From: Steroidobacteraceae bacterium | GTDB lineage: Bacteria; Pseudomonadota; Gammaproteobacteria; Steroidobacterales; Steroidobacteraceae | Direction of reading: 5' to 3' | Length of the DNA: 64,000 nt | Assembly: GCA_036734505.1 (NCBI GenBank) | Contig: DAIMYL010000001.1 | Span: 56 to 64,055 of the forward strand | Part shown: in pieces, positions 46,189 through 55,098 of the stretch | How the letters are laid out: each line of letters starts with the position of its first letter | How positions within the stretch are numbered: the first letter of the stretch is position 1 | The notes under the pieces: generated by a model | The model's database searches: none | What the model saw: the letters and a program-made list of their open reading frames with translations, nothing else | Told to the model about the DNA's origin: nothing | Made by a program: the position numbers and the translations under genes

Positions 46189-47226
46189 TCAGGTCCGACG
46201 CGATCGGCTCGCACGCGGGCCTGCGCCCGAGGCCGATCCTGCCGCGCGGTCGAGGTTGCCGCCGAGCTGTGCGCGCGCGCCGGTGCTGATCTGGCCGAGC
46301 GCGGCTTCCAGGGCGGCGGCGTCCGGGCGGGGGCCCGCGACATGCGCATCGAGCGCCTTGCGCATCGCCGCGAGGTGCTCCGGCGAGGTGCCGCAGCAAC
46401 CGCCGATGATGCGCGCGCCGGCGTCGATAGCGAGGTGCACATAGCTCGCCATGAGGTCAGGTGTGCCGTCGTAGCGGATCGCGCCGTCGACCCACTGCGG
46501 GATGCCGCAGTTGGCCTTGGCGACCAGCACCATGTCCGGGTCGGCAGCGGTGCTCAGGTTCAGGATGGAGGCCACGAGCTCCGCCGGGCCCACGCCGCAG
46601 TTGCTGCCGCAGGCGGCGAGATGCCGCTCACGCGCGATGCCCGCGAGCTCGGCGGGTGTCAGCGACATCATCGTGCGGCCGTTGGTGTCGAAGGACAGCG
46701 TGCTGACCACGGGGAGCCCCGCGGTGCGGGCGCCTTCGATGGCGGCTTCGACCTCCTCGCGGGAGGACAGGGTCTCGATCCACAGCACATCGGCCCCGCC
46801 CTCGGCGAGCGCGGCGGCCTGTTCGGCGAAGGCGGCGCGGGCATCGGCCGACGACACGAGGCCGAGCGGCTCGAGGATCTCGCCGGTCGGGCCCATGCTG
46901 CCTGCGACGATCACATCGCGACCGGACGCGTCGGCCACCGAACGCGCGAGCTGCGCCGCGGCGCGGTTGAGCTCACGGACGCGGTCCTCGGCCTTGTGCA
47001 GCTTCAGTCGGTAACGGGTGCCGCCGAAGGTGTTGGTGAGGATGATGTCCGCCCCGGCGTCGACGAAGCGCTGGTGCAGCAGTTTGATGCGGTCCGGGTG
47101 GTCGACGTTCCAGAGCTCGGGCGCGTCGCCCGAGACGAGGCCCATCTCGAACAGGTTGCTGCCCGTGGCGCCGTCGGCGAGCAGGTAGGGGCGGCGCGAA
47201 AGAAGGTCGGCGAATCGGGTGGTCAT
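46189..47226 (-). CDS. Homocysteine S-methyltransferase-domain protein (betaine--homocysteine methyltransferase Bmt-like, or the stand-alone MetH Hcy domain)
   Basis: LLADGATGSNL, ILTNTFG, ACGSNCG and GGCCGTSPEH (Zn-binding Cys triad) are typical of the S-methyl_trans domain. 345 aa, with no pterin or B12 domains attached. Confidence 0.85.
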   Translation of the reverse strand: MTTRFADLLSRRPYLLADGATGSNLFEMGLVSGDAPELWNVDHPDRIKLLHQRFVDAGADIILTNTFGGTRYRLKLHKAEDRVRELNRAAAQLARSVADASGRDVIVAGSMGPTGEILEPLGLVSSADARAAFAEQAAALAEGGADVLWIETLSSREEVEAAIEGARTAGLPVVSTLSFDTNGRTMMSLTPAELAGIARERHLAACGSNCGVGPAELVASILNLSTAADPDMVLVAKANCGIPQWVDGAIRYDGTPDLMASYVHLAIDAGARIIGGCCGTSPEHLAAMRKALDAHVAGPRPDAAALEAALGQISTGARAQLGGNLDRAAGSASGAGPRASRSRRT

Positions 47227-47331
47227 CGAGTCATCCTTGAGTCGGTGGGCGCTATCGTAGCGGAATGCGGTCTATCGCGCCGGGCCGCCGCTCTCGTATC
47301 CTTGGGGTCCCGCCGATTTCGGAGACCGCCG

Positions 47332-48672
47332 ATGCCCCGCGCCACCGATGCCCGACTCTGGGTGCTTGCGTTGTCCTTCGCTGCGCCGTTCGCGCAGGCC
47401 CAAGGGGCTGCGACAGCCCCGGCTGCCGCGGCGCCGCGGTCGGTGGTGGTCGTGCAGGCCGCCCGTGTGCTCGCGGAGCCCGGCAAGGCGCCGCGCGGCG
47501 CGACCACCCTCGTCATCCAGGACGGCCGCATCGCCGCGCTGCTCGACGGCCGTCAACCCGGGCCGGCCGGCGCCCGCATCATCGACCTCGGCGACCGCTT
47601 CGTGCTGCCGGGGCTGATCGACAGCCATGTGCACCTCGATTCCGATGCCGGTGGTCAGGCCGCGCTGCTCGAGGGTGTGACCTCAAGTCCGGGTCTCGAT
47701 GCGCTGCGCGCGCAGTGGAACGGCATGAAGACGCTGCGCGCGGGCTTCACCACGGTGCGCAACCTCGGTGACGCCAACGGCGCGACGCTCGCGCTGCGCG
47801 ATGCGGTCGAGAACGGCTGGGTGATGGGCCCGCGCATCATCGATGCGGGTCGCTCGATCTCGGTCACCTCCGGCCACATGGACGGCACGCTGAGCGTCGC
47901 CGAGAACCTGCATCCCGGCATCACGCAGGACAACATCTGCGACGGCGCCGACAGCTGCCGCGAGGCGGTCCGGCTGCAGGTGCGCCGCGGCGTCGATGTC
48001 ATCAAGATCGCGACCACGGGCGGCGTCAACAGCCGCATCGGCGCGGGTCTCGGCCAGCAGATGTTCGCCGACGAAGCGAAGGCCGTCGTCGAGACCGCGC
48101 ACCTGCACGGCAAGAAGGTCGCGGTGCACGCGCACGGCACGGAGGGCATCAATGTCGCGCTCGCCGCCGGAGCCGACTCGATCGAGCACGGCACCATGCC
48201 CAACGACGAGACGCTGCGGCTCTTCAAGCAGGGCGGGGCGTTCTATGTGCCGACGCTCTCGACCGTCAACGGCTACCGTGAGCGTCTGGCGAAGGATCCG
48301 AACGCCTATCCGCCGGCGGTGCTGGAGAAGGTCATGTGGCGGCTGGATGTCACCGGTAAAGCGTTGGAACGCGCCGTCCCCGCTGGCGTGAAGATCGCGT
48401 TCGGCACGGATGCCGGCGTCTCCAAGCATGGCCGCAACGCCGACGAGTTCGAGCTCATGGTGCAGCACGGCATGACGCCGGCCACGGCCATCGCTGCCGC
48501 GACGGTGAACGCCGCGGAGCTGCTCGGCATCGGCAAGGAGGTCGGGGCGCTGCGCCCCGGGATGGCGGCGGACCTGATCGCGGTGTCAGGCGACCCGCTC
48601 AAGGACGTGACGGTCCTCAAGAAGGTCGAGTTCGTGATGAAGGGCGGCCGGGTGGTACCGCTCAGCGACTGA
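47332..48672 (+). CDS. Secreted metal-dependent amidohydrolase-family protein
   Basis: Signal peptide MPRATDARLWVLALSFAAPFAQAQG. PGLIDSHVHL metal-binding motif, plus downstream HAHG and GTDAG motifs. Confidence 0.8.
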   Translation: MPRATDARLWVLALSFAAPFAQAQGAATAPAAAAPRSVVVVQAARVLAEPGKAPRGATTLVIQDGRIAALLDGRQPGPAGARIIDLGDRFVLPGLIDSHVHLDSDAGGQAALLEGVTSSPGLDALRAQWNGMKTLRAGFTTVRNLGDANGATLALRDAVENGWVMGPRIIDAGRSISVTSGHMDGTLSVAENLHPGITQDNICDGADSCREAVRLQVRRGVDVIKIATTGGVNSRIGAGLGQQMFADEAKAVVETAHLHGKKVAVHAHGTEGINVALAAGADSIEHGTMPNDETLRLFKQGGAFYVPTLSTVNGYRERLAKDPNAYPPAVLEKVMWRLDVTGKALERAVPAGVKIAFGTDAGVSKHGRNADEFELMVQHGMTPATAIAAATVNAAELLGIGKEVGALRPGMAADLIAVSGDPLKDVTVLKKVEFVMKGGRVVPLSD

Positions 48673-49162
48673 TGGCGTGATGCAGCCAGCCCTCGAGATG
48701 CTCCGTCATCGAGGAGGGCGCCATCAGCAGCCAGCCGTCGTCCATCGAGGCGATGAACACCGGCACCTGGGCGATGAGCGTGACGGTCGCCCGCCCGGTA
48801 GGGAAGGCTGCTGGGTCGAGGTCCAGACGGCAACCGGCGGACAACCGAGCGCGCGCCTGCGGGCCGGAGATGCGCCACGCGCTGCGCGCGGCGGAGAGGT
48901 CGGTGACCGCGCCTGTCCCGGCGATCGCGGTCTCACAGAGCGCCGCAAGCGTCCCGACGGGCGCAGCGGCCGACGGCTCGGTCGCGAGCAGCCAGCGCCC
49001 GGGGCGCACGGAGCACGCGAGCCGTCCTGATGCCGACCACAGATGGCCGAACGCGGGCAACTCCCAGCCGAGGGTCTGCAGACGGTCGGCGAACGCCGCT
49101 TCGGTGCCGCGCCAAGGCGCGACCTGGACGAGGTCGTACCGCAGGCGTTCAGGCGCGGACAC
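48662..49162 (-). CDS. Sarcosine-oxidase-gamma-family subunit (second, paralogous oxidase)
   Basis: The GTG at 49162 overlaps the stop of the upstream alpha-like gene by 14 nt. SoxG-like size and position. The start is uncertain. Confidence 0.65.
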   Translation of the reverse strand: MSAPERLRYDLVQVAPWRGTEAAFADRLQTLGWELPAFGHLWSASGRLACSVRPGRWLLATEPSAAAPVGTLAALCETAIAGTGAVTDLSAARSAWRISGPQARARLSAGCRLDLDPAAFPTGRATVTLIAQVPVFIASMDDGWLLMAPSSMTEHLEGWLHHAISR

Positions 49163-52118
49163 GGGCGTTCTCCGGGTCGAACCAGTGGGGGGTGATGATC
49201 TCGACCTCGACCGACTCACCATGCAGCGGGGAGACCGCGAGCAGCCGTGAACCGATGCGCTGGCGGCCACCGGCGAGCAGGCCGAGACCGACCCAGCCCT
49301 CGACCAGCACCGACGGCGTGCACGAGGTCACATCGCCGATGTTCTCCTTGGGGGCGGCCGGGTCGACGAGGATCGCGCCGGCGATGAGCTTCGCGCGGGT
49401 GCTCGTCGGGCGCAGACCGACCAGCTGCCGTCGCGTCGGCGAGGTCAGCCCAGGGCGTCGGGCGAGCACGCGACCCACATGGTCCCCGTCCGCTTTGAGC
49501 ATGCGCTCGAAGCCGAGGTCATGCGCGGTGGTGTTGCCGTCGAGCTCGGCGGTGGTCACATGTCCCTTCTCGACGCGCAGCGTGTTGAGCGCATCCACGC
49601 CGTAGGGCAGCACGCCGAGCGGCCGTCCGGCCTCGAGCAGCGCGTTCCACACCTCGTCGGCGCGGTCGGTGGGCACCGCGACCTCGTAGGCGAGCTCACC
49701 GGAGAACGAGATGCGGAACAGGCGTCCGCGCACGCCGGCGATGTGGGCGGGCAGGGCGGCCATGAACGGCACCGCGGTGTTCGACAGATCCTGCCCCGGC
49801 ATCACCCGCTGCAGCAGGTCGCGCGCGCGCGGCCCGGCGATCGAGAACTGCGCCCATTGGTCGGTGACATCGGTGAGCTGCACATCCCACTCCGGATGCA
49901 CGATCTGCGACTGGAACTCGAGGTGCTCGAGCACGGCCGTGTGGTTGGCGGTGGTGGTGGTGAGGAGGAAGTGCCTGTCGCCGAGCCGCGAAGTGGTGCC
50001 GTCGTCGAGCAGGCAGCCGTCCTCGCGCAGCATGATGCCGTAGCGCGCCTTGCCCACGGCGAGCGTCGAGAAGCGGTTGGCGTAGATGTAGTCCAGGAAC
50101 CGCGCGGCGTCGGGACCCTGCACATCGACCTTGCCGAGGCTCGAGGCATCGCCGACGCCCACGGCCTCGCGTACGGCGCGCGACTCGCGCAGCACCGGCT
50201 CCCAACCGGGGGTCTGCGAATAGACGAGCGGGCGCAACCAGAGCCCCGCCGGCACGAAGGTCGCACCGAGCGCGACATGCGAGGCGTGCGCCGGGAACCT
50301 GCGGACCGGGCGCAGCTGCTCCCCGACCTCGCCCCCGGCGAACGCGCCGAAGGTGGTCGGATGGATGTAGGGGCGCGGCGTCGGCAGGCCGACCTCGGGC
50401 AGGGTCTGGCCCCGGGCGGCAGCCAGCACCGCAGCGCCCAGCAGCCCGCCGATACGGCCCTGATCGGTCGCCATGCCATGCGTGGAGTAGCGCTTGGCGT
50501 GCTCGATATGGGTGTAGCCCTCGCGGTGCGCCTGGCGGATGTCTTCGACGGTGACATCGTGCTGCAGGTCGACGAAGGCCTTGCCGCGGCCCGGCACTTC
50601 CCACAGGGCCTGCAGCGCCGTGGTCTCCGGGTCGGCCGGGCAGGCCAGAGTCGCCGCGCCAACGGTCGCGATCGCCGACGCGCCGATCCCGAGCGCGGCC
50701 GCGATGCGGGCGGCGGCGGCCTCGCCGTCATGCGCCGCGGCGGCGAGTCCGAACGACCCTGCGACCGCGCCGGCCGTCGTGCCGAGGCGGTCCGGCAAGG
50801 ACGCGGCGAACGCCGCGAGATCTTCGCGCCACTGCAGCGCACCGCCCGCCTGCGTGGCGAGCGCCGATTCGGGTTGATGGCCACCGGAGAGCAGCACGCC
50901 GTCGGTGTCGAGGTTGGCGAGGGGGCGTCCGTCGCGGTGCGTGACCTGCACGCTGCGCACTTCGCGTCGCCCCTGGATGGCGGTGATCACCGCACCGGCG
51001 TGGACCGTGATGCCGAGCGCCGCGGCGCGCACGGCGGCGGCGGAGGTCGGTCGTGGATCGACGATGGCCGCGATGCGCACGCCCGCCTCATGCAGCGCGA
51101 TGGCGCTCTCATAGGCCCAGTCGTTGTTCGCGAACAGCACCGGACGCTCGGCGACGGCGACGCCGTAGCGGCGCAGATAGGCGAGGGCGGCGCCGGCCTG
51201 CATCACCCCCGGTCGGTCGTTCCCTTCGCAGGCGATCCAGCGCTCGTTGGCGCCGGTCGCGAGCAGCACGCGTCGGGTGCGGATGACACGCAAGCGTTCG
51301 GACGACCGCCGCGCCGCATCGCCGCCGCCCGCCGGAGGCAGCGTCTCGACCGCGGCGAAGACGCCATGGTCGTAGGCGGCGACGACCTGGGTGCGGGTCA
51401 GGATCCGCAGGCGCGAGTCGGTCGAGATATCTTTGAGGGCGCCGGCGCGCCACGCCGCCCAGCGCGGGTCGAGCAGCGTGCCGCCGCCTGTGACGACATC
51501 GCGCTCGAGCAGCATGACGCGCGCCCCGGAGCCGACGAGGCGCCGCGCTGCGGCGAGACCCGCGGCGCCGGCGCCGATGATCAACACATCGGTGTGGTCG
51601 TGCACGGCCTCTTCGGTGACGGGGTCGGCGGGGTCCTCACCGCGCGCCGAGCGGTCGAGCACGCCGAGCCCGGCGGCGCGGCGGATCGCCGGTTCGAAGA
51701 TGCGTTCCCAGGCCCAGGCCGGCCGCATGAAGGTCTTGTAGTAGAAACCCGCGCTGAAGAGCGGCGCGAACAGGCCGTTGACGGCCATCAGATCGAACGA
51801 CAACGAGGGCCAACGGTTCTGGCTGACGACGCGCAACCCTTCGGTGACCTCGACGATGGTCGCCGGTCTGTTGGGGGCGGGGCCGTCGGCGCGCTGGATG
51901 TCGACGAGCGCGCAGGGTTCCTCGTGGCCCGCCGTGACGATGCCACGGGGTCGGTGGTACTTGAAGCTGCGGCCGACGAGCCGCACGCCGTCGGCGAGCA
52001 GCGCGGAGGCGACGGTGTCCCCGGCGAGACCGCGCACCCGGCGACCATCGAACTCGAACTCCACCGGACGCGTGGCGTCGGTGAGCAGGCCGGTGGTGAT
52101 GCGACGCGGGCCGCTCAT
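49149..52118 (-). CDS. Sarcosine-oxidase-alpha-family subunit (paralogue 2)
   Basis: The internal ATG at 52118 gives MSGPRRITTG...FEFDGRRVRGLAGDTVASALLADGVRLVGRSFKYHRPRGI. It is colinear with SoxA at 27301-30309 but clearly diverged. Confidence 0.85.
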   Translation of the reverse strand: MSGPRRITTGLLTDATRPVEFEFDGRRVRGLAGDTVASALLADGVRLVGRSFKYHRPRGIVTAGHEEPCALVDIQRADGPAPNRPATIVEVTEGLRVVSQNRWPSLSFDLMAVNGLFAPLFSAGFYYKTFMRPAWAWERIFEPAIRRAAGLGVLDRSARGEDPADPVTEEAVHDHTDVLIIGAGAAGLAAARRLVGSGARVMLLERDVVTGGGTLLDPRWAAWRAGALKDISTDSRLRILTRTQVVAAYDHGVFAAVETLPPAGGGDAARRSSERLRVIRTRRVLLATGANERWIACEGNDRPGVMQAGAALAYLRRYGVAVAERPVLFANNDWAYESAIALHEAGVRIAAIVDPRPTSAAAVRAAALGITVHAGAVITAIQGRREVRSVQVTHRDGRPLANLDTDGVLLSGGHQPESALATQAGGALQWREDLAAFAASLPDRLGTTAGAVAGSFGLAAAAHDGEAAAARIAAALGIGASAIATVGAATLACPADPETTALQALWEVPGRGKAFVDLQHDVTVEDIRQAHREGYTHIEHAKRYSTHGMATDQGRIGGLLGAAVLAAARGQTLPEVGLPTPRPYIHPTTFGAFAGGEVGEQLRPVRRFPAHASHVALGATFVPAGLWLRPLVYSQTPGWEPVLRESRAVREAVGVGDASSLGKVDVQGPDAARFLDYIYANRFSTLAVGKARYGIMLREDGCLLDDGTTSRLGDRHFLLTTTTANHTAVLEHLEFQSQIVHPEWDVQLTDVTDQWAQFSIAGPRARDLLQRVMPGQDLSNTAVPFMAALPAHIAGVRGRLFRISFSGELAYEVAVPTDRADEVWNALLEAGRPLGVLPYGVDALNTLRVEKGHVTTAELDGNTTAHDLGFERMLKADGDHVGRVLARRPGLTSPTRRQLVGLRPTSTRAKLIAGAILVDPAAPKENIGDVTSCTPSVLVEGWVGLGLLAGGRQRIGSRLLAVSPLHGESVEVEIITPHWFDPENARVRA

Positions 52119-52402
52119 CGATCGACCATCCCGTGGGGCGGGGTCAGCGTATCGGTCGCGGTGCCGACCGCGTGGATGGTGTGCGTGACCGTGTGACGCC
52201 AGAGCTGCAGGTATTGACGGCAACCCGCTGCGTGATACCACCATTCGTGATGCCAGCCGCGCGGGTTGTCGCGCTCGTAGACATACGCCACGAAGGCGGT
52301 CGCGTCGGCGTCGGCGGGAGGACGCCGCACGCTCGCATCGCCGCGGTAGCGGAACTCGACCTCGTCGCGCACGCCGCAATGCGGGCAGGTGATCCTCAGC
52401 AT
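52115..52402 (-). CDS. Sarcosine-oxidase-delta-family subunit (paralogue 2)
   Basis: MLRITCPHCGVRDEVEFRYRGDA...HAAGC. SoxD-like Zn motif. 95 aa. Confidence 0.85.
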   Translation of the reverse strand: MLRITCPHCGVRDEVEFRYRGDASVRRPPADADATAFVAYVYERDNPRGWHHEWWYHAAGCRQYLQLWRHTVTHTIHAVGTATDTLTPPHGMVDR

Positions 52403-52412
52403 CGCGCCGGCC

Positions 52413-53720
52413 TCAGTGCGCCCACGGGAAGGGTCCCGTGCCCGGCTCGTCCACGGTGCGTCCCTCGGCGAAGCGGGCGAGGTCCATGTGGGTCGTGAGC
52501 GGATGCGGTTCACCGTGCGCGATGAGGTGCGCTGCGGTGTAGCCGCCCGCCGGGATCGCCTTGAACCCGCCGTAGCACCAGCCGCCGTTCATCACGAGCC
52601 CGTCGATCGGGAGCTTCGAGATGATGGGCGTGCCGTCCATGGTCATGTCCATGACGCCTGCCCATTGGCGCAGGATGCGCAGCCGGGCGAGCGCGGGCAG
52701 CATCGCCACGCCCTCGGCGGCGACCTCCTGCGCGATCCACTGCGTGCCGCGTTGGGCGTAGGTGTTGTGCGCGTCGATGGCGCCGCCGAACACCATGCCG
52801 CCCTTGTCCGACTGACTGATGTAGAAGTGCCCGGCGCCGAACATCAGCACCACATCGAGGAAGGGCTTGATGGACTCGCTGACGAAGGCCTGCAGCGCGT
52901 GGGTCTCGATGGGCAGGCGGATCCCCGCCATCCCGGCCAGATGCGAGGAGTGTCCGGCCACCGCGAGGCAGACCGTGCCCGCGCCGATGAAGCCGCGCGT
53001 GGTCTCGACGCCGGTCACGCGCCCGTTGGCCTGACGCAGCCCGGTGACCTCGCAGTGCTCGATGATGTCGACACCGGCCTCGGAGGCGCCCCGGGCGTAG
53101 CCCCAGGCGACGGCGTCATGCCGCACCGTGCCGCCGCGGGGCTGCATGAACGCGCCCATGATCGGGAAGCGGCCGCCGTCGAGCGCGATGGCGGGGATCA
53201 GCGACTTGAGCGCGGCGCGGTCGAGTTCGACGCAATCCGTTCCGAGGAGGCGCATGTCGTTCGCACGGCGCGTCATGTGGTCGCGCTGACCGTCGGTGTG
53301 GTAGGTGTAGACGACGCCGCGCTGGCTCACCATCGCGTTGAAGTTCAGCTCCTGCTCGAGACCCTCCCAGAGCCGCAGCGAGTGCTCGTAGAACCGGATG
53401 TTCTCCGGCCGGTAGTAGGTCGAGCGGATGATCGTCGTGTTGCGCCCGACATTGCCCAAGCCGATCGGGCCTTTCTCGACCACCGCGACATCGGTGATGC
53501 CGAAGTGGTTCGCGAGGTAGTAGGCCGTGGCGAGACCATGACCGCCGCCGCCGACGATGACGACCTGGTACTCCTTGCGGGGCTCGGCCTTGCGCCAGGC
53601 GCGGCGCCAGCCTTGGTGGCCGCCGAGGGCCTCGCGCAGCAGGCGCAGCGCCGAATAGCGACCGCTGGCGCGGAAAGCGTGAGGTCGGTGGGCGTCAGCG
53701 GGGCGGGGCGGAACACTCAT
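52413..53720 (-). CDS. Sarcosine-oxidase-beta-family flavoprotein subunit (paralogue 2)
   Basis: YQVVIVGGGGHGLATAYYLA, colinear with SoxB. The ATG at 53720 was chosen, but the upstream in-frame start at 53762 is possible. Confidence 0.85.
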   Translation of the reverse strand: MSVPPRPADAHRPHAFRASGRYSALRLLREALGGHQGWRRAWRKAEPRKEYQVVIVGGGGHGLATAYYLANHFGITDVAVVEKGPIGLGNVGRNTTIIRSTYYRPENIRFYEHSLRLWEGLEQELNFNAMVSQRGVVYTYHTDGQRDHMTRRANDMRLLGTDCVELDRAALKSLIPAIALDGGRFPIMGAFMQPRGGTVRHDAVAWGYARGASEAGVDIIEHCEVTGLRQANGRVTGVETTRGFIGAGTVCLAVAGHSSHLAGMAGIRLPIETHALQAFVSESIKPFLDVVLMFGAGHFYISQSDKGGMVFGGAIDAHNTYAQRGTQWIAQEVAAEGVAMLPALARLRILRQWAGVMDMTMDGTPIISKLPIDGLVMNGGWCYGGFKAIPAGGYTAAHLIAHGEPHPLTTHMDLARFAEGRTVDEPGTGPFPWAH

Positions 53721-53774
53721 GGGGCGGCGACGAGTGTACGACCCGTACGCCCGGGGCGGCAATCGTCCCGCCGC

Positions 53775-55022
53775 TCATCCCGCCTTGTGGTTCGCGGGCT
53801 CCCGCCACTGCGATTCCTCGGTGACCGCCGTGGTCTCCGGCTGCGCCTTGATGAAGGGTCCGCGCTGCTCGCGAGGCACCGGGGCCCTGCGCGAGCGACG
53901 CCAGAGGCAGAACACCGCCAGCAGCGCGGCGATGACCGCGAGGACGCCGAAGTACGCCTGCGCGCCCTGACCGTCCATGAGCACACCGCCGACGATCGGG
54001 CCGATGACCGCCGCGGCGCCGTTGAGCATCAGCAACGCGCTGCTGGCCGCCACCATCTCCGAGGTCTCGAGACGGTCGTTGACATGCGAGACGCCGAGTG
54101 AATAGACCGACAGCACGAGTCCGCTGATGAGCGATGCGACCGCCAACAGCGCCGCGCCGGGCGCGTCCTGCCACAACGCGAGCCAACAGCCGAGCGCCGC
54201 GGCCGACGCGGACACGCCGGCGATCACCGCACGCCGCTCGAGCCGGTCCGCCAGCATGCCGACCGGGTACTGCGTCAGCACGCCGGCCAGGATGCTGCCC
54301 GCCATGAACACGGCGATCGCAGCGTCGTCCATGCCGCTCAGCCGTGCGTAGACCGGGCCCAGCGAGAACACGATGGAGCTCATGAGCCCCGACATGATCA
54401 CCGCGACCACGCCGAGCGGTGAGCGGCGGTAGAGGTCGCGGAAGCGCACGCCGCGCGGCGTATCGACCGCCGGTGCGCCGTGCGCCGACAGCACGAGCGG
54501 CACGATCGCGAGGCAGATGAGCGCGGCGACGAGCATGAAGGGCGTGTCGCTGCCCGGATCGGACACCAGCAGCAGGAACTGCGCCGCGCCGAGCCCGCCG
54601 TACAGCACCACCATGTAGAGCGCGAGCAGTCGGGAGCGGGTCTCCTGCGTGGCGCGGTCGTTGAGCCAGCTCTCGGCGACGACGTAGATGCCGGCGAGGC
54701 AGAGCCCGGTGACGAGACGCATCGCGCCCCAGACCACGGGCGTGACGAAGACGGCTTGGACCAGCGTGGAGGCGGCAGCCACCGCCGCGAACGCAGAGAA
54801 CACCCGCACATGGCCGACGCCGCGGATCATCCGGGGCGCGAGCGAAGTGCCGACCAGGAAGCCCACGTAGTAGCAGGACATCACGATGCCGATGGCCGAG
54901 GTGGCGAAGCCCTCGGACTGCGCGCGCACGCCGAGCAGGGTGGACTGCAGGCCGGCGCCCAGCATCAGGATGCCCATGCCGAGCAGCAGCGGCCAGGTGC
55001 TGGCGAACAGGCTTGCCGGCAT
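53775..55022 (-). CDS. MFS transporter (12-TM), first gene of the second oxidase operon
   Basis: The internal ATG at 55022 gives MPASLFASTWPLLLGMGILMLGAGL. Hydrophobic helices run throughout. It lies 54 nt upstream of the beta-like gene on the same strand. Confidence 0.8.
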   Translation of the reverse strand: MPASLFASTWPLLLGMGILMLGAGLQSTLLGVRAQSEGFATSAIGIVMSCYYVGFLVGTSLAPRMIRGVGHVRVFSAFAAVAAASTLVQAVFVTPVVWGAMRLVTGLCLAGIYVVAESWLNDRATQETRSRLLALYMVVLYGGLGAAQFLLLVSDPGSDTPFMLVAALICLAIVPLVLSAHGAPAVDTPRGVRFRDLYRRSPLGVVAVIMSGLMSSIVFSLGPVYARLSGMDDAAIAVFMAGSILAGVLTQYPVGMLADRLERRAVIAGVSASAAALGCWLALWQDAPGAALLAVASLISGLVLSVYSLGVSHVNDRLETSEMVAASSALLMLNGAAAVIGPIVGGVLMDGQGAQAYFGVLAVIAALLAVFCLWRRSRRAPVPREQRGPFIKAQPETTAVTEESQWREPANHKAG

Positions 55023-55098
55023 GGGGATCGGTCCTTGCGGGGACGGGGAGGGGCGCGGATTATAGCCGCGGGACCGTGTCAGGCGTGGGTGTAGTCCG

